Assembly (NCBI RefSeq): GCF_009914755.1
Contig: NC_060935.1
Length of the DNA stretch: 64,000 nucleotides
Source of the DNA: the human T2T-CHM13v2.0 reference genome, Homo sapiens
Strand: one strand, 5' to 3'
The position numbers and the translations under genes are program-made. Of this stretch, positions 36,565-48,690 are shown in pieces. Position 1 is the stretch's first letter, and each line of letters starts with the position of its first letter. The notes under the pieces were generated by a model. That model did no database searches. It worked only from the letters and a program-made list of their open reading frames with translations, and was not told where the DNA came from.

Positions 36565-39500
36565 TAAGAACAAGCATTTAACTAGATAGCTAGGTCTGAA
36601 GTTAAGAGTGAAAAATGTGTAGGTGAACTCCAAATCTCAGATTCCCTACAATCCAGTGAGCTCCTGGGGCTCAGATAAGGGTTCTGTGGTAGCCTATTTG
36701 GGGCCTTGCCTCATCTACAGAGGCATCTCCTTAGCCACCCGAGAGGTTAGCAGCTTTGAGGAGGTTTTGGGCCAGGTGCTCATCTCTTGACAGCTTAGGT
36801 TCAGGGGTGGGGAGTCCCAGCAGGCACTCTAGCATTGGCCACCAACAAAAGAAGGGAGGTTCTTGGAGATGAGCCCCCTAAAATGTGGATGCCCTTAGTG
36901 ATTGTCCTAGGGTTATTCTTTATCGTCCGCTAACGCATTAGCTACTGCACTGCTGGCACATAACACTTCAGGATTCCCCAGAATGGGAACCAGGAATGGG
37001 GATGAGGATAGACTGATGGGACTGAAAAATCTCTCCTATGGGAGGACTAGGCAAGAGGAAAAGAATCGTGGCAGTATCAGAGAAGGCCCCAGACATGGCT
37101 CTCTCATTGTATTTATTTCATTCTGCTTAGAGCCTGCCCTGGGCTGCCAATGTTTTCCTAGACAACCCAGTTTGTGTCTCTCTACACTGTTAAGTTCAAT
37201 ACCCGTGCCTGATAGAGTCTTGTCCATTCTTAAAAACCTTCTTGGAAGAATTCAGATGCCCCAGGGTATCCTATTTTAGAATCTAGTAACCTTTCTTCTC
37301 TGAAGAGGAAAAAAAGCATTTATTTAATTGTCTGCTTATTTTTATATTTATTAAATATGACCTGGATTCCCTAACACTAATGTTGCTCATTTCTTCCACA
37401 AATGGCCATAGGCCCAGCTCTGGAAGCGATGCACGACCTCCTTGCGTGTGACTTGGGTTTTAAAGCCAGCATGCCAGAGTTCAAATTCTGGTTTTGCCCT
37501 TTATATACCTCTCCTGTTAGCTGTACTGCAGCCAGCAGGGTATAATCAAACGTAGGGTAGATTTTCTGCACTTCACAGCAAGGCATTCTAGAAGACCACA
37601 GGCAGCAGAGTGCCCAGTGCAATCTAAAACAGTGCGATGAATTTCTCCTCATGCAGGCGCGGGAGGGCGGGCTGGGCAGGGATTCCTGGAGCAGAGCTGC
37701 CACTTGCCTGTCAAATGCCTGGACCCCGCACACCCAGGCTGCAGTCCTCAGTCCATCGTGCTGTGTGCTGTATGCTTGCAATTGCTTCACTGTGCTGACC
37801 GCGTCCATCTGCCCCTGCTATGGAAAGGGAAGGGCACCTGTCCCCTCCCTGGGAGTTCCCTGGGTGCCCTGCACCAACAGGCACTCTTGTGTTCTGGCTG
37901 CCAGCTGGGCTTCAGAAATGGAAAGAACTAGCAATAGTGGAGAGGAGGGGGGCATGGGCCAGGACATGGAGCCTTGTCTTCCTCCTGGAGTGCTGTGGGC
38001 TGGCTGCTTCTCTGCATGGAGGCACAGCTCTCTTCAGGTGTCTCTTTCCACAAAGCTTGCTCTTCATCTTGTATGTAACCTCCAGTGGGGCACTGCATGT
38101 TCCCAAAAGCTTCCATTTTACTGATTGTTCCCTCCTCAAAAAGCCGAAACATGGTGCAACCCTGGAAGGTAGATGTGACCTCCTCAAACATTTCAGACAC
38201 AGATGACACTGCCCATGTTGGAGCTTAAGAACTTGTCTTTTTTTCTGTAGTGTTTCTTGTATTCCTTAAAGCTTTACAGCAATTGCTTCTAAGCAGTAAT
38301 AGTCAAGTGGAAATTCCTTGTACTTGTTTCAATAGCAAAATGAAAAAAAAAAAAGAATCACCTTCCGATCCCAACATGCCTTGAGCTTCTGAAGCAGATT
38401 GCCATCCACTTTGCACGGTTCTCCCTGCCCAAGGGTTCACAGTCTCTGCCCATAGGGCACATTCTCGAAGGTTGGCACCCAGACACCTTTCCGATGGCTC
38501 CAGCACGGGCCTCCAGTCACTCTCTTTTCCTTTGTCCCGTCTGGCTTTTCTTCCTACTTGACTTTAAATTGTATGTTCGTCATTGTCTTCCTTCCCCCAC
38601 CGGAACGTGAGCTCCTCGGGCCAGGGACTGCTCCTGTTTGTTCTGACTCTCTCTGGAGGCTTTGGAGATCAGATCATCCTTTTGGCCCTCTGCAACCACC
38701 TCACCCCTCTCCTCTCTGCTCTGGGCAGCAAGAAGTTGGGCCATTTGAGGGCAATAGTGGGGACTCCTGACTTTGGGCTCCAGTCAGCTCCAAGGGGAGC
38801 CCTGTTTGAAGACTGGAGGGTGGGAGGAGAGTGAATGCAGGGTCTTGATTCTCCCTGGCCCTGGTCACTCCCCTTGGGGCCTAATGGTATTATAGCTCCC
38901 CCACACATTGATTGACAGCCCTGGGAGATCTCAGCATCCATTGTGGATTTTCCTATTGAATATTTCTATTCCTGATTCCTAGTCCTTCCTATCAAATTGC
39001 CCACACATTTGTCAATATCTCCTTTATTAATTATTCCTTATATTGCTCCTCAAACTGCCTGCCCATTTGTTTCATGCCTGAAACCTGACTGATCATGGTA
39101 ACCATTCTTGGCATATATTAGGGACTCAATAAATATTTATTGAATGTTTTCCAATGATTGGAAACTAGGAATCGTAACTTGTTCCATGATGGCAACAGGA
39201 GCACTTTCTTAAATGAAGAGAGATGATCAAAGTGTCCATTAACATATTGATGGGAAATGAGTTTCCAAGATATTTCATAATTTAGAAAAACACTTTCTAA
39301 CTAATTACATTTCTTGTATTTCTAATCAATCAGAATGGATAATGAATTTATAGATGAGGCTTGTTCAAAATCTCTGAACTTTCAGCAGGAAGAACCGTTT
39401 TTGGTGCTTCAGCTGCTACTTTTATATTTTTTTCTCATCTTATTCTGTCTTCTCCTAAAAGCTTCAGACACAGATGTTCTCATGCAGGCTCTCATGAGCT

Positions 39501-40467
39501 GAATTAATTGCTTGGTTTTTAACCACATCTTAAGCAGAGGCCCCAGCAGCCAAAGGCAAACAGCGGGTCAATTTGAGCAAAGCAGCTGTCATGAGGACGG
39601 GTTTGGCTTGCTCCAATTCACAAGTGAAGGTCAGGGGCCTTTGGTGATGTCTGCCGGGCCAGAGCAATCTGGGCTTTGTGAACTGTGAAATCTAAGCAGC
39701 TGAAGATCCCTTCCAAGACAGAACACCACGTGGCTATATAACCTCCTGGGAAGAGCAGTCAACCTAGCAGGGCAGGACAGGACCAACGGGGCAAATGAAT
39801 GCAAGGTCCAGATACAAGAGGGGCAGAGACAGAGCCAGGCGGCCACAGGAAGTGCTGAGTCATCTTTTCACCCACTTTCCTAAAGTAACAGAAGAGGAAG
39901 CTTTAGGTGTGAAGCTGGAAAGCTCTTGTGATCTCTCGTCCTGCTAAAAGCTGAGGAAAATTAGTTTCATATAAAAATCAGAAACAGAAAAGGATGATGG
40001 TTGAATCACATATAGGTTTTTCAACTTACCATTTATTTTTATTGTATATATTTAAGATGTACAACATGTTTCCATAAGCATTTGCACAGTGAACGATTAC
40101 TATTCTCAAACAAACTGACATGTCCATCACCATCCACGGTTATTTTTTCTTTTGTGGTAAGAGCACCTAAAATCTACTCTCAGCAGATTTTTAATATACA
40201 GTGCAACAATATTAACCATAGTCTTCGTGTTCTACATTAAGTCTCTAGATCTGCTTAACCTATCTAACGGCACTTTGTACCCTTTGACCTACTTCTCCCT
40301 GTTTCCTCCACCTACCACGCCTGGTACTTCTGCTCTGTTTTTATTTATGTGAGTTTTTTCATGAAGATTTCTGTGCTCCCATGTTGAGGCATTACTGATG
40401 AGAGCCGAGATATGGAAACAACCTAAGTGCCCATCGATAGTTGAACGGAGGAGGTGATTGTGGTGTA

Positions 40468-41128
40468 CATGAGTTACCCCTTTCCCACAGGGGAGACTTT
40501 CTGAGAACCGCAGTGGATGCCTGAAATGGCAGATAGTACCAAACTCGTAGATATTATGTTTTCCCATACATACATACCTATGACAAAGTTTAACATATAA
40601 TAAATTCAATAAATATTGATATATTAGACGTAATAAGAGATTAAAACAATAATAATAATAAAATAGAACATAATAACAAGATTCTGTAATAAGTGATGTG
40701 TAAATGTGATCTCTCTCACAATTTTGTTTTTTTTTTTTTTGAGATGGAGTCTCACTCTGTCGCACAGGCTGGAGCGCAGGGGCATGATCTTGGCTCACTG
40801 GCTCACTGAAAGCTCTGTCTCCCAGGTTCACGCCATTCTCCTGCCTCAGCCTCCCAAGTAGCTGGGACTACAGGCACCTGCCACCACGCCAGGCTAATCT
40901 TTTGTATTTTTAGTAGAGACAGGGATTCACCGTGTTAACCGGGGTGGTCTCAATCTTCTGACCTTGTGATCCACCTGCCTCAGCCTCCCAAAGTGCTGGG
41001 ATAACAGGCGTGAGCCACCGCACCCAGCCCACCATTATTGTACTGTATTCACCTATTTTTGGAATACAGTTGATGGTGGGTAACTGAAACCACGGAAAGT
41101 AAAAACCACGAATAAAGTGGGATTCCTG
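40468..41128 (-). mobile_element. MER44A (TcMar-Tigger) with Alu insertion
   Basis: TA duplications at 40466-7 and 41129-30; cagtggatgcctgaaa and taactgaaaccacggaaagt. Confidence 0.88.
40722..41029 (-). mobile_element. AluY/Sc-like
   Basis: aagctc...ggttcacgccattctc diagnostics; internal ggctcact duplication. Confidence 0.92.
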
Positions 41129-41629
41129 TACATATATAAAGGAGCATTATCCATACTTTATAAAAGGATAAATTTCTATCTACAACCACATGGATGAACC
41201 CAGAGGACATTGTGCTGAGTGAAATAAGCCAGACACAGAAAGAAAAATGCCTCATGATCTCACTTATATGAGGAAGCCACATAATGTTTTTTATAAGAAT
41301 TTAATGAGAATGAAGAACAGAATCACATTCTTACAGCCATAGGAAGAATGTCAGAAATACATGTCTACAAAACAAATAAAGACTATAACCTTATATTTCA
41401 AAACATCTCTAGATACTTAAGAGAATAATAGAAGACATGAAAATCAGCATTAAAAGTTAGAAAATTTCAGAAAGGAGGAAATGAAATAATTGAGAAAATA
41501 AGTAGAAATACAACAAAAATAAACATTAAAATGAAGATTAAACTACAAGGAGACTTAAAAAAATAAACCAAATAGATAGTGGCTTAAGAAAAATAAAGAG
41601 TGAAAAGAAGGGGAAATTGACTTTAGTCT

Positions 41630-42720
41630 TTAATTCACTCAACAAACAAAAATAATTTCCAGGATTATGAACTTAAATGTGAAAAATAAAATAATAAAGA
41701 GTCTAGCACATATGAGACTATCTTAATAAACTTAAGTAGGAAAGCATAAAACAGGAAGCAAAAAAAGCAATAAATTGGATTACAATAAAACGAAGACTCT
41801 TCATCTGACCATCATGAGAGTGGAAAGGCAGGCCAGGGTATATCAGAAGATATTTACACCACTTACATTGAGCAAAGAATCTTTATCCAGAATATATACA
41901 GAGCTATCAAGTCAATAGAATAAAGGGCAAAGTACTTGAATAGACATTTCACACATCAGCATATCAAAATACACAACAAATACATGAAAATGTGCTCAAT
42001 GAGTTAATTATCAGGGAAACAGAAATTAAAGGCACAATTAGGTAACACTATGCACACACTGCAATGGCTAAAATATAAAATGCTGACACCATTAAGTGTC
42101 AGAGAACACATAGAACAACTGGAATCTTTATTCTGAGGGTTGGCGTATGGATTAGTAAGACCATTTGGAAAACTGGCCGAAGATGTCTACTAAAGGGTAG
42201 TGTATACATTCGCTGTGGTGAAGCAGAAATTTCACATCTTGGTATGTACTCATCAGAAACACAAGATGCAGCAAAATCCAACCATGTACAAAACCAAACA
42301 TGGCAGCATGATTCTTAATAGCCTCAAATGAGAAACAATTCAAGTATCAGTAGAAAATATTGGCTGTGCTCACATAATAAAATGCCAATAGACTGCAGCT
42401 ACATGCAACAACCTCAGTGTGTTTTACAAATAAAAGGCTGAGCAAAAAAGCCAGACACAAAGCTTCTATGTACTCTACTGTTCTGCTATACTTTTCTACT
42501 TCAAGATCAAACCCGCAGAACTAATGTGTGTTATTAGACGTCAGAACAGTGTTAGCTTTAAAGAAGATGCCAGTGGTGGCTGGAACAGGATGTAGGGATT
42601 CTATTCATTATTTTTGGTGGTAGTGGTTACATGGGTGTGTTATTTTGTGAAATTCATCATCGTATACACATATTTGAGCATTTTATGTAGGTGTGCTATT
42701 AATTTAAAAGTTTATTTTAA
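41630..42720 (+). mobile_element. L1ME-type 3' portion
   Basis: ORF2 C-terminal and 3' UTR motifs (gggcaaagtacttgaatagacatttcac). Confidence 0.8.
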
Positions 42721-42969
42721 AACTATGAGTACTTAAATATATCTGTATCTCTGTGATACTTATATAATCATATACAACTGTACTTATTTACTTAAAATTA
42801 GATTCTTCTCACACTCTATCTACTGCTCAATGTAGACTATCAAATAGGTACGCTATTAAAAAAAACCAAACCTAAACAACTCTATTAGGATTCTATTATC
42901 AGTGCTTATTAGAATTTAAGCATGCATCAGTCAGGTACCCATTAAGAAAGCTTTTAGATGAAAATTTCA

Positions 42970-43110
42970 AGGTGTTAATTGACCCTTCATGGGCATTTGA
43001 AGTTCACTTTCCTTTTGTAGCTTCTTTGAAGCTTTGATTGGCTTCAAAAAAGAGGCAGCCATTTATGTAAGTTGGGTCCTTGATTTAATTGTTTGAAGGT
43101 ATAAAAGATC
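42970..43110. promoter_or_regulatory. Candidate enhancer (TCF/LEF plus homeobox motifs)
   Basis: CTTTGAA 43024, CTTTGAT 43032, two TAATTG, TGATTTAAT. Confidence 0.35.
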
Positions 43111-44486
43111 TCAGTGAATATGCTCAAAGTGAGATTGACCTGCATTTTATGGAGTTCACTAAATTTTCTTTTCCCTAAGATGTATGTATTTCCTTTACTG
43201 TCTGGAATATTTTATTGGGTATGGATTATACCATAGTAGAAGTTTTAGGTAAGCTGGAGCTCCACCACACATTCAGGCAATGGAAGAGCACACAGCCTAG
43301 GGCTGGAGACAGGAGATCCTCTCCAGAGCTGATACATTTGAGTAGGGTCAAAAGCGATGTGGGCTCCAGAGCTCTGTAAGATCACACGTTTTACTGAGAG
43401 CCTGGGAATATTTTACCTTAAAGGGAGTTAATTCTATATTCCTACCTCAGGAGTGAGATAAGTAAGTTACATAATTCAACAGGCACAAACACTTGTAGTG
43501 CCCTTTTCTAAGCCATCTTTTGCCAGATGCTGGGGATAACAAAATGAACAGATCTTCTCCACACAATGAACCCATCATACTGCAGGGAAGGCTCGCTAGC
43601 AAGCCTTCCACTAGAGTGACACAGAATGAAGCATACCACTGTGCTGAGCACAGATGAGTCACTGACTTGCTTGACATCCTCCAAAATATCCTCAACATAA
43701 AACTTTTTACCTTGTGCTACAGTTTGGATGGAGGATTGGTGCCAGGCTATGCTAAGGGAATGAGAGTGTGTGTGTGTGAGAAAGAGAGACAGAGAAAGAG
43801 AATCTCCACAACAAAACTACTTACTAACTTTGAAAATGTTATGTGACTTCTGGTTCTATGTTCATGATCATGTTGTTTATAGGTAAGTTTCTTTCTTTCT
43901 TTCCCCTCCACATGAATTTCATTTCTTTATCTTGTCCTAAGCACTGACTAGCGACTCCAGTACAGTATTGAATAGAAGGAATAAAAGGCGGCATCCTTTC
44001 CTTGTTTTTTCAATAATTCAGTGTAAGTATGATATTCACTTTTGGGATTTGATTTACAAGAAAGGAAATTTCACGTGATTCAACAAAATAGATACAATTT
44101 ATAAGATTCATGACATTTCATTGTATTTCTAACTTTCTAAGATTTTTTTATTGTGAATTTTAACAAATGCTTTTAAAAAATTGTGAAGATTATGTAATTT
44201 TTCTCCCTTTTCAGATAATGTCTTGAATTACATTGGCACTATCATCCCTGGAAAGCCCTGGCTATGGAGGATTTTTTATTTAAACAAAATAACAAAACAT
44301 AAATAAACATACTCTTTAAGACAATTAGTAGGCTTTATTTTGTAGAGCAGTTTTAGGTTTATAGAGAAATTGCTCAGAGAGTGCAGAGAGTTCTCACTCA
44401 CAACCCCGTCCCCCACAACTGTGGCACACCATCTTCTCTGTTATCAGCATCTTACATGAGTGTGGTCCATCTGTTACAATTGATGA

Positions 44487-44793
<307 letters not shown>

Positions 44794-45025
44794 GAGGAGC
44801 CAGTCTTGACACCTGACTACTAACTCAAGGCCATGGCTTACATTAGGACTCACTCTTTGTGTACAGTTCTATGGATTTTGACAAATTATAGTGTCACCCA
44901 GAACAGCTTCACTGACCTGAAGATGCCTGTGCTCCACCTACCCATGATTCCCACTCTCCCCCAACCCCTGGCAACCACTGGTCTTTTTACTATCTCGATA
45001 GTTTTGCCATTTTTATAATGTTATC

Positions 45026-45445
45026 GTGTTAGGCTCTTCTTGCATTGCTATAAAGAAATACCTGAGACTGAGTAATTTATAAAGAAAAGAGGTTTAATTG
45101 GCTCATGGTTCTGCAGATGTACAGGAAGCAGGGTGCTGGTATCTGTTAGGCTTCTGGGGAGGCCTCAGGAAGCTTACAGTCATGGCCTCAGGAAGCTTAC
45201 AGTCTTACTAAGATAAAGCAAGAACGGGCATCTCACATGGCCAGAGAAGGAACAAGGGGTGGGGGAGGTGTCACACACTTTTAAATAACCAGGTCTCGTG
45301 AGAAGTCACTCACTGTCACAAGGGCAGCACCAAGCCAAGAGGGATCCGTCCCCATGACCCAAACACCTCCCACAAGGACCCACTTCCAACACTGGGGATT
45401 ACAACTCAATATGAGATTTAGAGAGGACAAATTCAAACTGTATCA
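45026..45445 (-). mobile_element. MSTB-like MaLR solo LTR
   Basis: cttgcattgctataaagaaatacctgagactg...caaactgtatca; internal 23-bp duplication at 45161/45184. Confidence 0.9.
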
Positions 45446-48089
45446 GCCATATAGTTGGAATTATGCAGTATGTAGTGTTTTCAGATTGGCATCTTTACTT
45501 AGCAATATACCTTTACATTTCCTCCACATCTTTTCATAGCTCAATCACTCATTTCTTTTTAGCACTGAATAATATTCCGTAGTCTAGATGTACCCCAGTT
45601 TATTTATACATTTCACATGCTGAAGGGCATCTTGATTGCTTTCAAGTTTTGGAAATTATAAATAAAGCTGCTGCAACCATCTTTGTGCATGTTTTTGTGT
45701 ATACAAAAGTTTTCAACTCATCTGGGTGAAACCAAAGCAATATGATTATTAAATTGTATATTCAGAGTATAGTTAACTTTGTAAAAGATTGCCAAACTGT
45801 CTCTCAAAGTGGCGATAGCACTGTGCATTCCCACCAGCAATGAATGAGAGTTCCTGTTGCTCCACATTCTCGTCAGCATTTGGAGATGTCAGTGTTTTGG
45901 ATTTTGTCATTCTAATAAATGTGTAGTGGTATCTCATTGTTTAAGTTTGTAGTTTCATAATGGCATATGATGTTGATCATCTTTTTATATGCTCATTTTC
46001 CATCTGCCTATCTTCTTTGGTGAGGTGTCTGTTCAGATCTTTTGCTCACTTTTAAACCGAGTTGGTTACTTTCTGATTGTTCAGCTTTAAGGGTTCATTG
46101 CATACCCAAGTCCTCTATCAGTATGAGTTTTGCAAATATTTTATCCCAGTCTTTGGCTTGTCTTTACATTTTTTAACCGTGTCTTTCACAGAACAGAATA
46201 TTTTAGTTTCACGGATGTCCACTTACACAATTTGTTCTTTCATGGAGTGTTGCTTTAGGTGTTGTATTTAAAAAATCATCACCAAATCCAAGATCATCTA
46301 GATTCTCTCCTATGTCACCTGCTAGAAGTTTTAAAATTTTGAGTTTTATATTTAAGTTTATAATCCATTTTGAGATTTTTGTGACACATGAATTCTGTAT
46401 AGATCTCCTCTCTTTTTTGCATGTGGAGGCCCAGTTGTTCCAGCACCATTTGTTGAAAACGCTCTTTCTTCATTGAATTGCCTTTGCTCCTCCATTGAAG
46501 ATAAGTTGACTTCGGTGGATCTCAAGCTAGTCACATGCCTCCAGCAATTCGTCAATTACAGTTTAAGTGTTCCTACAAGAACCGGCTGTGCAAGGGCTTC
46601 TGCCCCTGAAATGTTGCTCCCAGTAAGCTGTGATTCTTTGTACCCACCTCTGTCTCCAACTATTGCAGCATCCTTCGCCTGTGACTTCAATCCTCTGAGA
46701 GATCTCAGAAGAGTTATTTCTCAGTTTGTTCAGCTTTTTTCTTGTTGTGAGGATGGGAGTGATGGCTACAGGTCATATGGCAATGGAACTTTGAATCTGC
46801 TTTTTCTAAGTTGATTTCAAGGGCACACACCCTGTTCCAAATTTTCCCTAGACTAGAGAAAGGGATTATTTTGTTTTTCACTTAGAGGAGGAAGAAACTA
46901 TCAATCATGAAGTAAGGGCACAATCATGTTTAAACCTCATCTTGCATTGCTTGGCAATGGCCCTGCATCTCTGAAAGTGTGTGTGGTTCTGTGAGGGTGG
47001 GGAGTGCTGAAGGTGGGCTCTGCTCTCCTTTTCTAGGGACTTTCTCATATTTGTATAGATTTTGATGGACTTACTAGCAAACCTGCCTTATTTTATAATA
47101 CACAGCACCACTCCAGATTCATCTTGGAGGTCTCTTTCTGTTCTTCCCTCCCACCCACATGAACACTCAATGCTTACAACTGAGAATATTTCAGAAACCT
47201 GCTCCTCTCCTGGTTTGGCAGTTGGTGATTTGGATTCTAAAGCCAAGAATGCTGGGATAAGCTGAAAGATTTATAACTATGAGAGTCCCTGTGAGCGTTG
47301 GCTACAAGCACGACGGTAGCCCAACATGCACAGAGGGAAGAATGAATGACAGCAAGATGCACATGTCCAGCCATGACCTGGACAGCTCCTTGCCCCAGCA
47401 GCTGGGATCTAGTGCTGCCTCCCTCTGACTCAACTTCTGCCCTGTCTTGGGCTGCTGTTTCTGTCTGATTCTCCTGAACCTCATCCACTGTCCTGGTCCA
47501 TTGACATCAGGCAGACTATCTTTCCTGCCATTCCCACTGAACTCCTGATGAGGCACTGACTTGATCCCATCTTCCAGATATAAAAACTGATGCATAGCTT
47601 GCTTAAGCAAAGCAGGTATTATTCGCAGGCCAGCTGACTAATGTCCACGTTGTGCAGAATGATGCTCCAAAATGTCACTTGCATGGGTCACTAATAACTT
47701 AGCTGCATTTCTTAACCCTCACTAAGCGCCAGGCACTATTCTCAGAAACTTGTACATCCCATGTAGTTCAATCACTGCTATGTCCTTGTGTTGTAAGTGC
47801 TACCTGCAGCGTATATATTGAAAACAACAACAAACACACAAACCAACTGGAGGCTTCGTGCTGCTAGGTTCCCTGCCCAAGATTATACTGCCAGCAAGCA
47901 GTAGCATCTCATTTTGAATCAAATGATCTTACTCAGGAGGATTCCTGACCTGTTGTCCAGAGGAGAGCCGGGAAAGCATCCAGGCCCCCTCTCACCTGCC
48001 ATGGACTTTCCTCTGCTCCAGTTTCTATGGAATGGTTCTCCAGTTTCTGATCACATGCAGGATGACAGCCCATTCCATGGCTCTGTACT

Positions 48090-48690
48090 GTGAATGTCTT
48101 CCTTGTTTCTCCACCAGACCAGCCTCCTCAACTCTCCCACTTATTCCTTGCTTAAGATCTGGAGAGGGCTTCCTATGTCATTTAAAATTAAGTCTAAATT
48201 CTGTATCATAACCTTCCAGGCCCTATGCAGCCCAGACCCTGCTAGCTCTGTCACCTCAGAGAGTAACCACACACCACCCCCTCCCCGCCCTGTCCTCCCA
48301 TGACATTTCAGCCACGGGCACCTCTCTGTGCTGCAGGTGTGCAAGGCACCTTCTCATGACATGAGTACCCACTTAGCATTTCTCTCCTGATGCCTGCACA
48401 ACTGACCCCTCAGATTCAGGCCTCAGGTGCCTTTTCTAAGGCAGGTCTCTTATCCCCCAGCTCTGCCCATCCTCTGTTACTGTAGTCTCTTTTCTTTATC
48501 TCTAAAACATTATCACAATCTGAAATTATCCTGCCCCACATTCTTGTTTACTTCTTTACCTTCTCTCCACCCTGGAACATGATCTCCAGCAGAGCAGACC
48601 CTGCCCGACTGGTTTGCTGGTGTTTGAACAGCCTCTGAACAGCCTCTACCTTAGTGCTCAATGCATAAGTCTGTGAAAAGGTAAGGAATA
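48090..48690 (+). mobile_element. L2
   Basis: aaaattaagtctaaattc...ccttccaggccct; ends ttagtgctcaatgcataag. Confidence 0.7.

Larger units (their letters stand above)
40030..41276 (-). mobile_element. L1MA-type 5'-inverted (twin-primed) insertion
   Basis: 3' end on the minus strand 40030-~40370; adjacent L1 sequence on the plus strand to 41276; degenerate TSD cacata...gtttt. Confidence 0.75.
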
